Shown here in pieces: positions 54,991-64,000 of a stretch of DNA of 64,000 nt (the first letter of the stretch is position 1; every line of letters begins with the position of its first letter). The stretch is taken from positions 124,001 to 188,000 of the forward strand of contig BROI01000014.1 in NCBI GenBank assembly GCA_027923505.1, in the 5' to 3' direction. The stretch comes from Mayamaea pseudoterrestris. Lineage: Eukaryota. Both the position numbers and the translations under genes were made by a program. The notes under the pieces were generated by a model. It saw nothing but the letters and a program-made list of their open reading frames with translations, was not told the origin of the DNA and did no database searches.

Positions 54991-56928
54991 ATGGCGCTAT
55001 CTTCCTTGGCGTCGTCGCAATCGGCTCGAGCGCAATGGCTTCCAACTGTTCAGCGCTTGAAGGACCGAATGCCAAGGCCTACTCCAATGCATTACACGTC
55101 AGCCATGGTATTGCTTGTCATTATTTTATTCAATGCACCGTTTCACCACAATAAAGCAAGTCAATTGCGATACACGGAACACTGTCTCGACCTGGAGCTT
55201 GCCGTCGAAGCGACGGCCGCTTCCATGCGTCACGCGTCATCGCAACATTATCCAAAGGGATTCTGCCAGCGACTGCCACTGCATCAGTCGGCGCCCTGGA
55301 TATGGAACCACCAAGCGCAGCAAATATTGGACGCAACGTTTGATCCTCTCCGTGATGGATCATCCAAATGGCTCGCCGACGCCTTTGACGCGCTGCCACC
55401 AATGTCCTTGACGACGCGAGGACGGCCGCAACATGACGTTTGGGGAGCCTTTATCAACAAGATTGAATTGAGAATGAGTGAAGACGACCTATTACAACAA
55501 GCAAACCCTATCAAAGTGCTTGTCATTGGCAGTCATTATGATGCTTCCGTCTCGTGCGCAATGAAAGGAGCGTCGTCGCCATTCAACGTGGACTGTTCAT
55601 GGCCGGCGCGCCTGCAAACGCTCATCGATTTTTATTTTGGCATAGGAATCATTCAAATCGACGTTCAGTCGTTGGAGCACGACACCACCAGTCTGCTCAC
55701 GCATGCAATACAAACCAATCAACTTGGGGCGCACAATGCGGACCTGATTATTTACGGCATGTCGTCGCAGGAGCTGCATCGCGATGCAATGCTTTCCGAC
55801 GTGAATTTGGAACACGCCATCAACATGGACGCACGCGTCAAGTACTACCAGCGGCTGCTGCTCCGCGTCCAAAATTTCATCCGGGCTTGTTTAGATAGTC
55901 AGCCGTGCGAGGAATATGTTCCGCCGGTGCTGCTCGTGGATGACTACGTTGGAGGATTGCACGACAAGATTTTGATCGAGTATAGCATGACGCGCGCCTT
56001 GCAGCAAGTGGCGGACCACTACCGGATTGGTTACGTGAGCTATCCTCATTTGGTGCGGAAAATAGTCATGACTGATGCAACTAATGATAATCCGTGGGCA
56101 CCAGATTGGTCCAAAAACAAGAAGAACATTCAGCACGGTCGAGGGGCACACGTGGGTTTTCTGTGGTCGCTGCTTTACAACTTTCTGGAGTACACAATAG
56201 ACTACTGCAGTCACGAAAGTGACATTCAGGAGTATCGCCAGGTGCAAAAGAATACGAAACTAGTAGAAAACTGGGTCATTGATCGCATACAGCAACCTCC
56301 GCCTTATTTGAATGGAGACTTGCTTTGGACGAATGTCAGTCCACAATGGAAAGAGTCTGTCGATGCGCTGGAACTACGGAAACGTAACGTATGCGCTGGC
56401 CGGCAACGACAATCAAGGGCGAGGCAGTGCTCCTTTGCCATGTGGGGACGAGGATCCGATGGCTCCGTCATGACGGCGGCGGCTACTCAAGCTATGCTGA
56501 AGCCATACATGAAGCGCATGTCAGGATTCACAATATTGGACGGTGGTATCATACGCGCTAGCCAACCGCATGCTACACTTGAATTAGTGGTTCATGACGA
56601 AGACCGTGATGTTGACCAGGCATCTCTGTTCCTTGGGCCCGGAGAAATGAAAGTTCTGCAGGATCCAATGAACCAACTGGATAATGCAGAGTTAAAACTG
56701 ACCATAACCAGCGGTACGGCGAATGCTACTACAAGTACTACAGTAAACGTTGTCGATCGAATGTCCTGGCAGCAAGACATCCCCGAGAATGAACCAGGTC
56801 AAGCGATTCACCTGCTGATCGAGCTTGTCGCTGGAGCGACGGTTGACATTGTGGCTTTATTTCTGTGCACGAGCGAAGATGTATCTTTATACGGCAACGG
56901 CGCGTGGGTTGACCGGAATAATAGATAA
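54991..56928 (+). CDS. Hypothetical type-II membrane protein, SGNH-like fold possible (start uncertain)
   Basis: Long ORF with N-terminal TM; IKVLVIGS...SWPARLQTLID...ADLIIYGMS...HGRGAH resembles degenerate SGNH blocks. Confidence 0.65.
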   Translation: MALSSLASSQSARAQWLPTVQRLKDRMPRPTPMHYTSAMVLLVIILFNAPFHHNKASQLRYTEHCLDLELAVEATAASMRHASSQHYPKGFCQRLPLHQSAPWIWNHQAQQILDATFDPLRDGSSKWLADAFDALPPMSLTTRGRPQHDVWGAFINKIELRMSEDDLLQQANPIKVLVIGSHYDASVSCAMKGASSPFNVDCSWPARLQTLIDFYFGIGIIQIDVQSLEHDTTSLLTHAIQTNQLGAHNADLIIYGMSSQELHRDAMLSDVNLEHAINMDARVKYYQRLLLRVQNFIRACLDSQPCEEYVPPVLLVDDYVGGLHDKILIEYSMTRALQQVADHYRIGYVSYPHLVRKIVMTDATNDNPWAPDWSKNKKNIQHGRGAHVGFLWSLLYNFLEYTIDYCSHESDIQEYRQVQKNTKLVENWVIDRIQQPPPYLNGDLLWTNVSPQWKESVDALELRKRNVCAGRQRQSRARQCSFAMWGRGSDGSVMTAAATQAMLKPYMKRMSGFTILDGGIIRASQPHATLELVVHDEDRDVDQASLFLGPGEMKVLQDPMNQLDNAELKLTITSGTANATTSTTVNVVDRMSWQQDIPENEPGQAIHLLIELVAGATVDIVALFLCTSEDVSLYGNGAWVDRNNR

Positions 56929-57259
56929 CTCTCTGTCAAGCCAAGTTTGAGTGAATTGGGATCTTCGTCACCGCGCTACTCTCGACCGACACTGGCTATC
57001 AGCATATCGCCATTTTCAAGGGGTCATGGCAGCTAATCTGAAAAATGATATACGCTCTTTTATAACTTGTTCATTCATATTATTTATTATCAGACAGTCC
57101 TGACCAAAACAGCCTTTTCGCAATAGCTTTCAAACCTACGAAGAAGTAGGGGTATCTTTGTAACGCAGTGCTATAGTGTAGCTTTACAAAGTCTTCCTTC
57201 CAAGGTTCAACAGTATACAATTCATTTAGTCATGTAGGCCAACATGCATGGTAAAATCA

Positions 57260-58351
57260 TTAGTCTGATGGATCAGCAAGCAGATTGTTTGATGATGAAA
57301 TTGGCCGCAAGGGATCCGAAACGTCCACATCCATGGGCGCCGGTTGCTGCTGCTGCTCCTGTTCGTTGCTACTGCTTTCGCCACCAACGACTGGAGCTGC
57401 AGTCGTTGTCAATGCCTCACCACTTGCAGTCGTATTTGTCATTGCCGTCTTGAGCACAATAGGTATCTGCGGTCCTTTGGTAGCTCCATATGCCTGTGGC
57501 TCCTGCTGCATGGTGACGGTTTTGCGCAACACTGGCATTGTTTTACTCATGCGCTTGCTGACACTCGATGCGCAAAGTATATCAAAGGTTCGCGCCGTCA
57601 ACTGATGCTGCTTCGGAGGCAACAGTATTCCATTGTAGCACTGTGGTGGAATCGGTGGAAGTGGCACTCGGTTGATTTGTTGCGCCATGAGATTGAGCTT
57701 GGGAACGTGCGACGACGAGCTCGTAGCATTTGCATCTGGATTCATGTCAATGGCCAGCTGCAAGTCTTGACGCGTCACTTCCATTCGATTCGCCGACAGC
57801 GCGTAATCCTGCGCATCCACGAGCAAGTCAATGGAATACGTTCGTGCATGCTCCAGCAAACAGGCCATGGCTTGGGGCGTCACGTCGGCCCGTGACAAGC
57901 CGGCGTATGAAAGTGCTCGCTCAACGATTGTTTCCATGCGTTCCGGAAGTGCTTGAAACGCGGCTCCGTCATTCTTAAATTCTGGAATTGATGGTAGTAC
58001 ATCTTCCATTTGATACCATAGTGGATCCGTTCGTTTGGAAGCTTGCTGCGCCTTTTGCAGCGCCAAATCAGCTTGGGCGGAACGTGCCTCGTTCAAAATG
58101 TGTTGCGTTTGCGAGGCTGACGTTGGCTTGGGAGTTGTCGCCTTGCGGCGCCTTGGAGCGGCTCCTGATGAAGCTGGTTTCTTGGGTTTGGCTTGAGTTC
58201 CAGCTGCACCTGATGCTTTTGTGACCGTCTTTTTCTTCTTGGTTGTTGTTGCTGTTGCTGTCGACGATGTTTGCGGCGCGTTGGAAGGCTTTGGCCCCGA
58301 CGGACCGGGGGCTGGCGCAGGAGGAGGACCAGCTCCAATATTGCTTGACAT
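57260..58351 (-). CDS. TAF9: TFIID subunit 9 (histone-fold)
   Basis: PQAMACLLEHARTYSIDLLVDAQDYA...VTRQDLQLAI...AQQINRVPLPPI...GILLPP..HQLTARTF. Confidence 0.85.
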   Translation of the reverse strand: MSSNIGAGPPPAPAPGPSGPKPSNAPQTSSTATATTTKKKKTVTKASGAAGTQAKPKKPASSGAAPRRRKATTPKPTSASQTQHILNEARSAQADLALQKAQQASKRTDPLWYQMEDVLPSIPEFKNDGAAFQALPERMETIVERALSYAGLSRADVTPQAMACLLEHARTYSIDLLVDAQDYALSANRMEVTRQDLQLAIDMNPDANATSSSSHVPKLNLMAQQINRVPLPPIPPQCYNGILLPPKQHQLTARTFDILCASSVSKRMSKTMPVLRKTVTMQQEPQAYGATKGPQIPIVLKTAMTNTTASGEALTTTAAPVVGGESSSNEQEQQQQPAPMDVDVSDPLRPISSSNNLLADPSD

Positions 58352-58625
58352 TATGATTTATGTAAGCTCTAACAACAGTCTTATAGTCACACGCAGAGAA
58401 GGCTGTCCGACGGCTGAAATTGTTGCCATGGCCGAGCGCGAAGCATAGTCTGTTCGTAGTCGGACCGGTTTTCAAGAACTACTGCGACATTTATTTGTTG
58501 ATCGCATTGGATGCGACGTCCACAACTTTGTTCTTGTTCACAGCATCATGCTTCTCTCATCGTCATCAATTGTCATCAGTTTCGCACTTGCACAATAATT
58601 TGAATCGAGATAGGTTTCAATAAAT

Positions 58626-59261
58626 ATGGAAATGAACACTACTGCAAACCAAGTATTGTCTCTGCATGCAACCGCATCGCAGCTGGAAGCCATGAACGAG
58701 CTTGAAACGCTCCTGACTTGTCGGCTCTGCCAGAAAATGGTCCAGCAACCGGCGTCGCTTGGATGTGGACATACGTTTTGTGAAGTTTGCATCACCACAT
58801 ACGCGGAGAATAATTGGTACTGTCCAGGTATGTATGACGGATCATGAATATTGGAGCAGAGCCCTTTCAACTTCAATGATTGTTGCTCGTTTGCATTCAC
58901 TGTACAAGAAGCGTTTACATACTCAATCTCCGAGTGCATTCGCTTTCAAATCGATCTATTACAATTTTATACAGTTTGCAATCTTCCCATGGCCATGACG
59001 CGCAAGGGCGGCGGCAAGTACTACCAGTCGAATCCAATGATACTGGAGCTGGTGGAGTCCTTGACAACCATGAAAGTAGCACTGCAGAATGCTCCGAAGT
59101 GTTGGTGGAAGTACCAAGTACCACTTATCAACGACAGTTTGCCTCATAAGGATACTTGCAATGCTGCGGCAGCGGAGGAAACGCTTGTTGAGGATAGTGT
59201 CAAGTCGGATGACGAAACGGATGATGATGATGGCGCGTTGTACGAAACGGCGCAATATTGA
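58626..59261 (+). CDS. Small C3HC4 RING-finger protein; intron 58828-58974
   Basis: LETLLTCRLC...CGHTFCEVC...YCP|VCNLP is restored by a GTATGT...ACAG intron. Confidence 0.85.
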
Positions 59262-59642
59262 TCAGAGTTGTTACTCATATCACACCGACCGAGAAAGCAA
59301 GATCTTCTTCTACGTCTTTTCACAAGTCTTCGGATTGACGGAACCAAGTTTATTGCAACATCTTGCGTCACTGCTTCTTCACAGTTCAGGACATGTGTGT
59401 CGCTTGCTCGCTACATTTTATTCTCAGGGTTTAGACTTTAACTGATGCAGCCACGACACCATCTATCACCAAAGATTGTCTCATCATTATGATGCTGCCG
59501 TCGCCGTCTCGCTACTCTATTAACTTGATCAGACATAAAGACATAGCTATTTCAAAACCGATCCGACATTCTAAGCCGTCACATCGTGGCGCGCCAATCG
59601 TCACCATGGGAATCGCCCATTCGTTGCGCAAAACACCAAACC

Positions 59643-61001
59643 ATGCCGTTCTCCTCTCTACCAACAGCGTCTCTCACATTCTTGCGTCCAGAAGTACAAG
59701 AAATTCACAACAAACTCAAAACATTTGTCGAGACCGAGTGCATTCCAGCCGAAGCCGAGTTTCGCGCTCATTTAGCGACCCGACACGGACCTGATCGATG
59801 GACGTCTGCAGCAGTTCCTCCCTGCTTAAATCGTCTCAAGGCGCGTGCCAAGGCACTTGGACTCTGGAACTTGTTTGTACCACAACATTTAATTCAAAAA
59901 ATACCGGATCCGTCGCTGCGTCCGCCGCAAGTTCTTTCCTATCGCGAGTACGGAGTCTTGTGCGAAACCATGGGTCGTTGTCCCGACGTGGCGCCGGAAG
60001 CTTGCAACTGCAGCGCACCCGATACAGGAAACATGGAAGTCTTGATGGAGTTTGGAACGGCGGAGCAAAAGGAACGATATTTGTTGCCGCTGCTTCGAGG
60101 CGACATTAGGTCTTGCTTTTTAATGACCGAGCCCGACGTGGCGAGCAGTGATCCAACCAACCTTGAAACAGTGCTTGTCAAGCAGCAGCAACGAGTCAAT
60201 AATCGAACTGTTTACGAGCTTCGTGGCAAAAAGTGGTGGAGTACGGGAGCCATGGATCCTCGCTGCCGGTTCGCTCTCGTTGTTGCCAAGGTTGTTGACG
60301 AACATGTTCACAATGACACAAGTCAGCATACCGAAAAGCAAAAGCATGCGGCGCATACCATTGTCGCCGTTCCACTGCCACACCCACGAGTCAACTGCGA
60401 GCGCGCCTTGACAGTGTTTGGCTACGACGATGCGCCACATGGACACGCCCAAGTTGCTTTGAATGGCGTCATTTTGGACGAATCCGATTTGATTCTTGGT
60501 CAAGGCAGTGGTTTCGCCGTCGCGCAAGCCCGCCTAGGACCTGGTCGGATCCACCACTGCATGCGGGCCATTGGGATGGCAGCAAGATGCTACGAGATGA
60601 TGCTGGAGCGCTCCATGCAACGCAAAACGTTTGGAAGGTTACTTTGCGAGCATGGTGGATGCCAGGAAATGATTGCCGACTCGTATGCCGATTTGGAGGC
60701 GGCACGCTTGCTCACCTTGAGCTGCGCTGCTAGCATGGATGAAGTTGGCGTCAAGAATGCCCGCGTCAAGATTGCCATGATCAAATTGGCAATACCTGAA
60801 ATGACTCATCGCGTCATTGACCGGGCGGTACAAGTGTTTGGCGGAGCGGGGCTTTGTGAAGATTTCATCTTGGCCAAGGCGCTGGCAGGTATTCGGAGTC
60901 TTCGGATTGCGGATGGACCCGACGCTGTTCACAAGCGAACAGTGGCACGGTTGGAACTTAGCGAGGCAAAGAGAAAGATACATGGCAAGAGTCGTCTTTA
61001 A
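59643..61001 (+). CDS. Acyl-CoA dehydrogenase (ACAD10/11-like), peroxisomal signal SRL
   Basis: NCSAPDTGNMEVL, FLMTEPDVASSD, GKKWWSTGA, AQARLGPGRIHHCMR, LRIADGPDAVH; C-terminal -SRL PTS1. Confidence 0.95.
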   Translation: MPFSSLPTASLTFLRPEVQEIHNKLKTFVETECIPAEAEFRAHLATRHGPDRWTSAAVPPCLNRLKARAKALGLWNLFVPQHLIQKIPDPSLRPPQVLSYREYGVLCETMGRCPDVAPEACNCSAPDTGNMEVLMEFGTAEQKERYLLPLLRGDIRSCFLMTEPDVASSDPTNLETVLVKQQQRVNNRTVYELRGKKWWSTGAMDPRCRFALVVAKVVDEHVHNDTSQHTEKQKHAAHTIVAVPLPHPRVNCERALTVFGYDDAPHGHAQVALNGVILDESDLILGQGSGFAVAQARLGPGRIHHCMRAIGMAARCYEMMLERSMQRKTFGRLLCEHGGCQEMIADSYADLEAARLLTLSCAASMDEVGVKNARVKIAMIKLAIPEMTHRVIDRAVQVFGGAGLCEDFILAKALAGIRSLRIADGPDAVHKRTVARLELSEAKRKIHGKSRL

Positions 61002-61200
61002 TTGGTACCAAGCCATGAAAAAGAGGTTTACAACTTTTTATAATTTCACAATTGGAGGTAAACATGGCAAAGAGTAAGATACGAGGCAAGAGTCGTCTTT
61101 GAAACTCTTAGCTATAAAAAACGAGGTTTACAACTCATTATATTTTTCAATGAGCAACTTGCCCCAGTATTCTTCGCAGTCATCCGCACCAGCACCGAAA

Positions 61201-61761
61201 CTAGTATCTCGGTTCTGGAACGGTCCAACCCCTGCCTTGCAATTCTTTTTTGAAGAACAGCAATCGCTTTTGATTCACTCCGAAATCACTTTCGCCAACC
61301 CTCGACGAAGATCTGACTTGGACTTGATTGCCATCGTTTGCAGCAACCTCAATAAGTAAATCATCCACGAACGGCCGGCCACCATTCATAAACTTGGCAA
61401 AGTTTCCAAAGTTGCGATATTCGATGCGAGCAGTCCCCTTGTCCGCCAATGCATCTTGCGCAATCGTATAGCCCGAGTTGTCGACGCCACCTTGTCCTTC
61501 CTGTGGATACGATGTAACGACTGCTCGGATTGTGTCGACTACATCAGACTTGCTGACACCTTCCGGCGGAGTCCAGGACGTGTAGATGCAATTCTGAGTT
61601 CCGCGTGGGCATGCTTCCATCGCTTGCGCTATCGACGGATCCAAAAAGGCGCATCCTCCCATGGCGACAGCTGCCATCGCCTTCTGCAACAGATCGCGTC
61701 GAGAAGAGGTGCTGAACGCGGAGCAACCGACGGCGAAAAGGAGCAAGGGCGAGAATTTCAT
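61201..61761 (-). CDS. DUF1499-like plastid/thylakoid-lumen protein
   Basis: Signal ending SA-F, then RRDLL + hydrophobic AQA (twin-arginine type); CPRGTQNC; FVDDL...VRSSSRVGESDFGVNQKRL. Confidence 0.8.
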   Translation of the reverse strand: MKFSPLLLFAVGCSAFSTSSRRDLLQKAMAAVAMGGCAFLDPSIAQAMEACPRGTQNCIYTSWTPPEGVSKSDVVDTIRAVVTSYPQEGQGGVDNSGYTIAQDALADKGTARIEYRNFGNFAKFMNGGRPFVDDLLIEVAANDGNQVQVRSSSRVGESDFGVNQKRLLFFKKELQGRGWTVPEPRY

Positions 61762-62162
61762 GATCTAAAGCAGTTCAAAGGGTATGTTGTAAGCAGGTAC
61801 TGTACCGCTTGACTCGTCACAGTCAGCGAAAAAATAATAATGATGGCCACAAAACAGTGAAGGATATGAATCTTTTTCTGACGCAGCGGTACTCCAATCG
61901 CCAAACAGGAGACGCATCACCGGTGGAAGCATTACAATACCGGGCCAACAATTAGTGTAAGAGAATATATCTGATGATCAAATGCAAAAGTAGCTTTTAT
62001 TGGCCAGAGTACCATAGGGGTGTGGCTTACCTTGATTTGAGTGACAATGCCAAGGAGATGACGATATTTGAAAAATTGCAAGCTGGGGGCAATGGTAAAC
62101 TTTACAGAACTTGGACTTCGACTGCGGGCTGCTGATATGTAGTTCAAGCAAGTACTGCCACT

Positions 62163-63773
62163 TCATTGCTTGGTTATCGTCACCATTCGGCAACCAGCCG
62201 AAAGGAGCCGTCGATCAGTCTCCAAACGCTCGATAATTTTCCGAGCTATGAACCTTCCCCACACTTCGTATCCCAAGTCATTTGGATGAATGCCATCTGA
62301 GGCCAACAAAGCTGCTCCCACTGGAGCCAAGCTGTCCAAATCGTCGACCAAAGCAATGCCATCCAAATCAAGCTGGTATAGGTAGTCATATCCTTGATCA
62401 GTCGCTAGAGACTTATAGTGCTCGTCCATTAAGCCTTTTATCTTGTTTTGTACATTGTTGCCCACGTCACTAAGCTTCAAGATGATTTTCTCGGATCGAA
62501 GCTCCTCCCAGATCGAACCTTGCCGTTGCTGCGCATCAGAAAATACCTGCCGACCGGGGCTTTCCACAAACAACACAAGGTCCGGATATAGCTCAGCAAG
62601 ATTCTTCTTGTTTCGATCCATTGCATGCACAAGAGGCACAAGAAACCAACTGAGTGGAACAAGATGACTGAGTATTGTTGGCTCAATTGGAAGCGCCGGA
62701 AAAACAATCATGGGAGGATCGCCACCACGAGTTGAATCCATCTCATTATCGTCCGAAGAGTCGTTTACAAGACATTGTTCAGCTTCTTCTACCCGGGCAC
62801 CAATAATATTCATTCTGCTTTGAAGAGCTTGTACAATGTTCACGAGTCGACTCTTGATATTGTCCTCATGCTCTGTATTGCTGGCCTCTTTGTATGGATC
62901 CTTCCGTCGAGGCGTTAAAAAGGGAAGAAACGTGTCCTTCAAGTCGTTCAGGCCACATAAGATCACCGCTATATCATATTGACCGAGGAAAGCCGGCCTT
63001 AATGACTGACGGCGTAGCATTCTCGTTACTCTTTTGTTCAACTCTTCTCTCCGTCGTTCATCCCGGTCATCATGCGACTCGACAGGCACAATCACCTTCT
63101 TGAGGTTCTTGACATCGCGCTGAAAGCCAGCACTGAACCGTTTCCACCAGCGTCCAAATGGATGCGTCACTTCTTGCTCGTCCACCACGACGGGTTCCTT
63201 GTGAATTTCCCACCATTCCTTGGCAGCTCGGCGAGTCACTTCCGCGCGAATTCGAGTCTCGTCTTGCCACTCCAAAATCTTTGCAATCAGCGGCGTTCGA
63301 AGATCATCTAAATCAAGAATCTGACTGACAACTTCAAGCGACGTTGAACCTGGTGAGCCTATGCATGTCCAATAGACGGCGCGTCCGCCCATGGCCTGCG
63401 AAAGGCCTTGAGCAATCGACTCTGGTAATGCTGGAGTAGATGATTTACTCATTCCTACGCCTGCCGCCAAAGAGTCTCCCAATACAAGTATACGAAGCGG
63501 AGGTTCATTATTCAGCTTTGTTGTGTGTCGACGTAAAAGACTGTTGACGAGTCCTTGAGTAATGCTGGAAGTGGGCTGCGTTTTGGAACCCTCAACGATG
63601 ACTATTCCGCGGCTGGGCGTCTCTGGATGAGGAGCATTCCCGTGGTTTGTTCGATAATCGATCAACAGTAGAGCTCCTTGTAATATTGAAATAACAGGAG
63701 TAGATACTGCCAAGCCAAACAACCAAGGTCGAATGTTTTTTGGAAGCGCCACTGAAGAAAATTGCCTCGACAT
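62163..63773 (-). CDS. SGNH/GDSL hydrolase-family protein
   Basis: ILVLGDSLAAG (block I), GLND (block III), DGIHPN (block V); N-terminal TM. Confidence 0.88.
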   Translation of the reverse strand: MSRQFSSVALPKNIRPWLFGLAVSTPVISILQGALLLIDYRTNHGNAPHPETPSRGIVIVEGSKTQPTSSITQGLVNSLLRRHTTKLNNEPPLRILVLGDSLAAGVGMSKSSTPALPESIAQGLSQAMGGRAVYWTCIGSPGSTSLEVVSQILDLDDLRTPLIAKILEWQDETRIRAEVTRRAAKEWWEIHKEPVVVDEQEVTHPFGRWWKRFSAGFQRDVKNLKKVIVPVESHDDRDERRREELNKRVTRMLRRQSLRPAFLGQYDIAVILCGLNDLKDTFLPFLTPRRKDPYKEASNTEHEDNIKSRLVNIVQALQSRMNIIGARVEEAEQCLVNDSSDDNEMDSTRGGDPPMIVFPALPIEPTILSHLVPLSWFLVPLVHAMDRNKKNLAELYPDLVLFVESPGRQVFSDAQQRQGSIWEELRSEKIILKLSDVGNNVQNKIKGLMDEHYKSLATDQGYDYLYQLDLDGIALVDDLDSLAPVGAALLASDGIHPNDLGYEVWGRFIARKIIERLETDRRLLSAGCRMVTITKQ

Positions 63774-64000
63774 GGTCGAAGTCGTCGGGCTTCCAGTAAT
63801 CAAGCTACTATGCTTTAGATATTATTCAATCCTTTTTTACAATCGTAGTCGAAAATCCAATTTTCGTCGTCATGCCCGATGCTCAATTTGCTTTATTATA
63901 TCATCTTCCCCCATGGTGGAATCGAAACGAACCTGTCGAAACGTCAAACACGTCGTACCGTAACTGAGACGAACGCCAGCCGCTCCATTGCACGTTGACA

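Noticed and set aside
60981..61135. Small degenerate duplication of the ACAD 3' end (GGCAAGAGTCGTCTTT...GAGGTTTACAACT twice)
   Set aside because: It is real but short, and consistent with an ordinary local duplication in a 3' region.

Overview
Eukaryotic genomic DNA, most likely a diatom. The evidence is compact genes with short GT-AG introns, signal peptide + AF plastid-targeting presequences, a CoDi-type Copia element and diatom-style Pro/Ser/Thr-rich secreted proteins. About 20 ordinary nuclear genes are present, including myosin, a dynamin-related protein, TAF9, SRP receptor beta, Fpg glycosylase, acyl-CoA dehydrogenase, a metaxin-like protein, SGNH hydrolases and RING proteins. There are two accessory islands. 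(1) About 2.1-6.2 kb: an AT-rich, ~120-bp-unit satellite arranged as a fold-back (forward then inverted arm), interrupted by a decayed DIRS/Ngaro-type RT-RNaseH-tyrosine-recombinase retroelement. (2) About 23.4-32.4 kb, the best candidate for an undescribed system: an intact, intronless, stand-alone tyrosine recombinase (673 aa, full R-K-HxxR-H-Y catalytic set). It is bracketed by near-perfect tandem arrays (2x75 bp and 6x83/85 bp upstream, 5x172 bp downstream), and the 83/85- and 172-bp units contain inverted repeats. It is followed by a truncated Copia and by a diverged copy of the flanking DNA that looks like the empty insertion site. All protein family calls come from motif recognition by eye, not from database searches.
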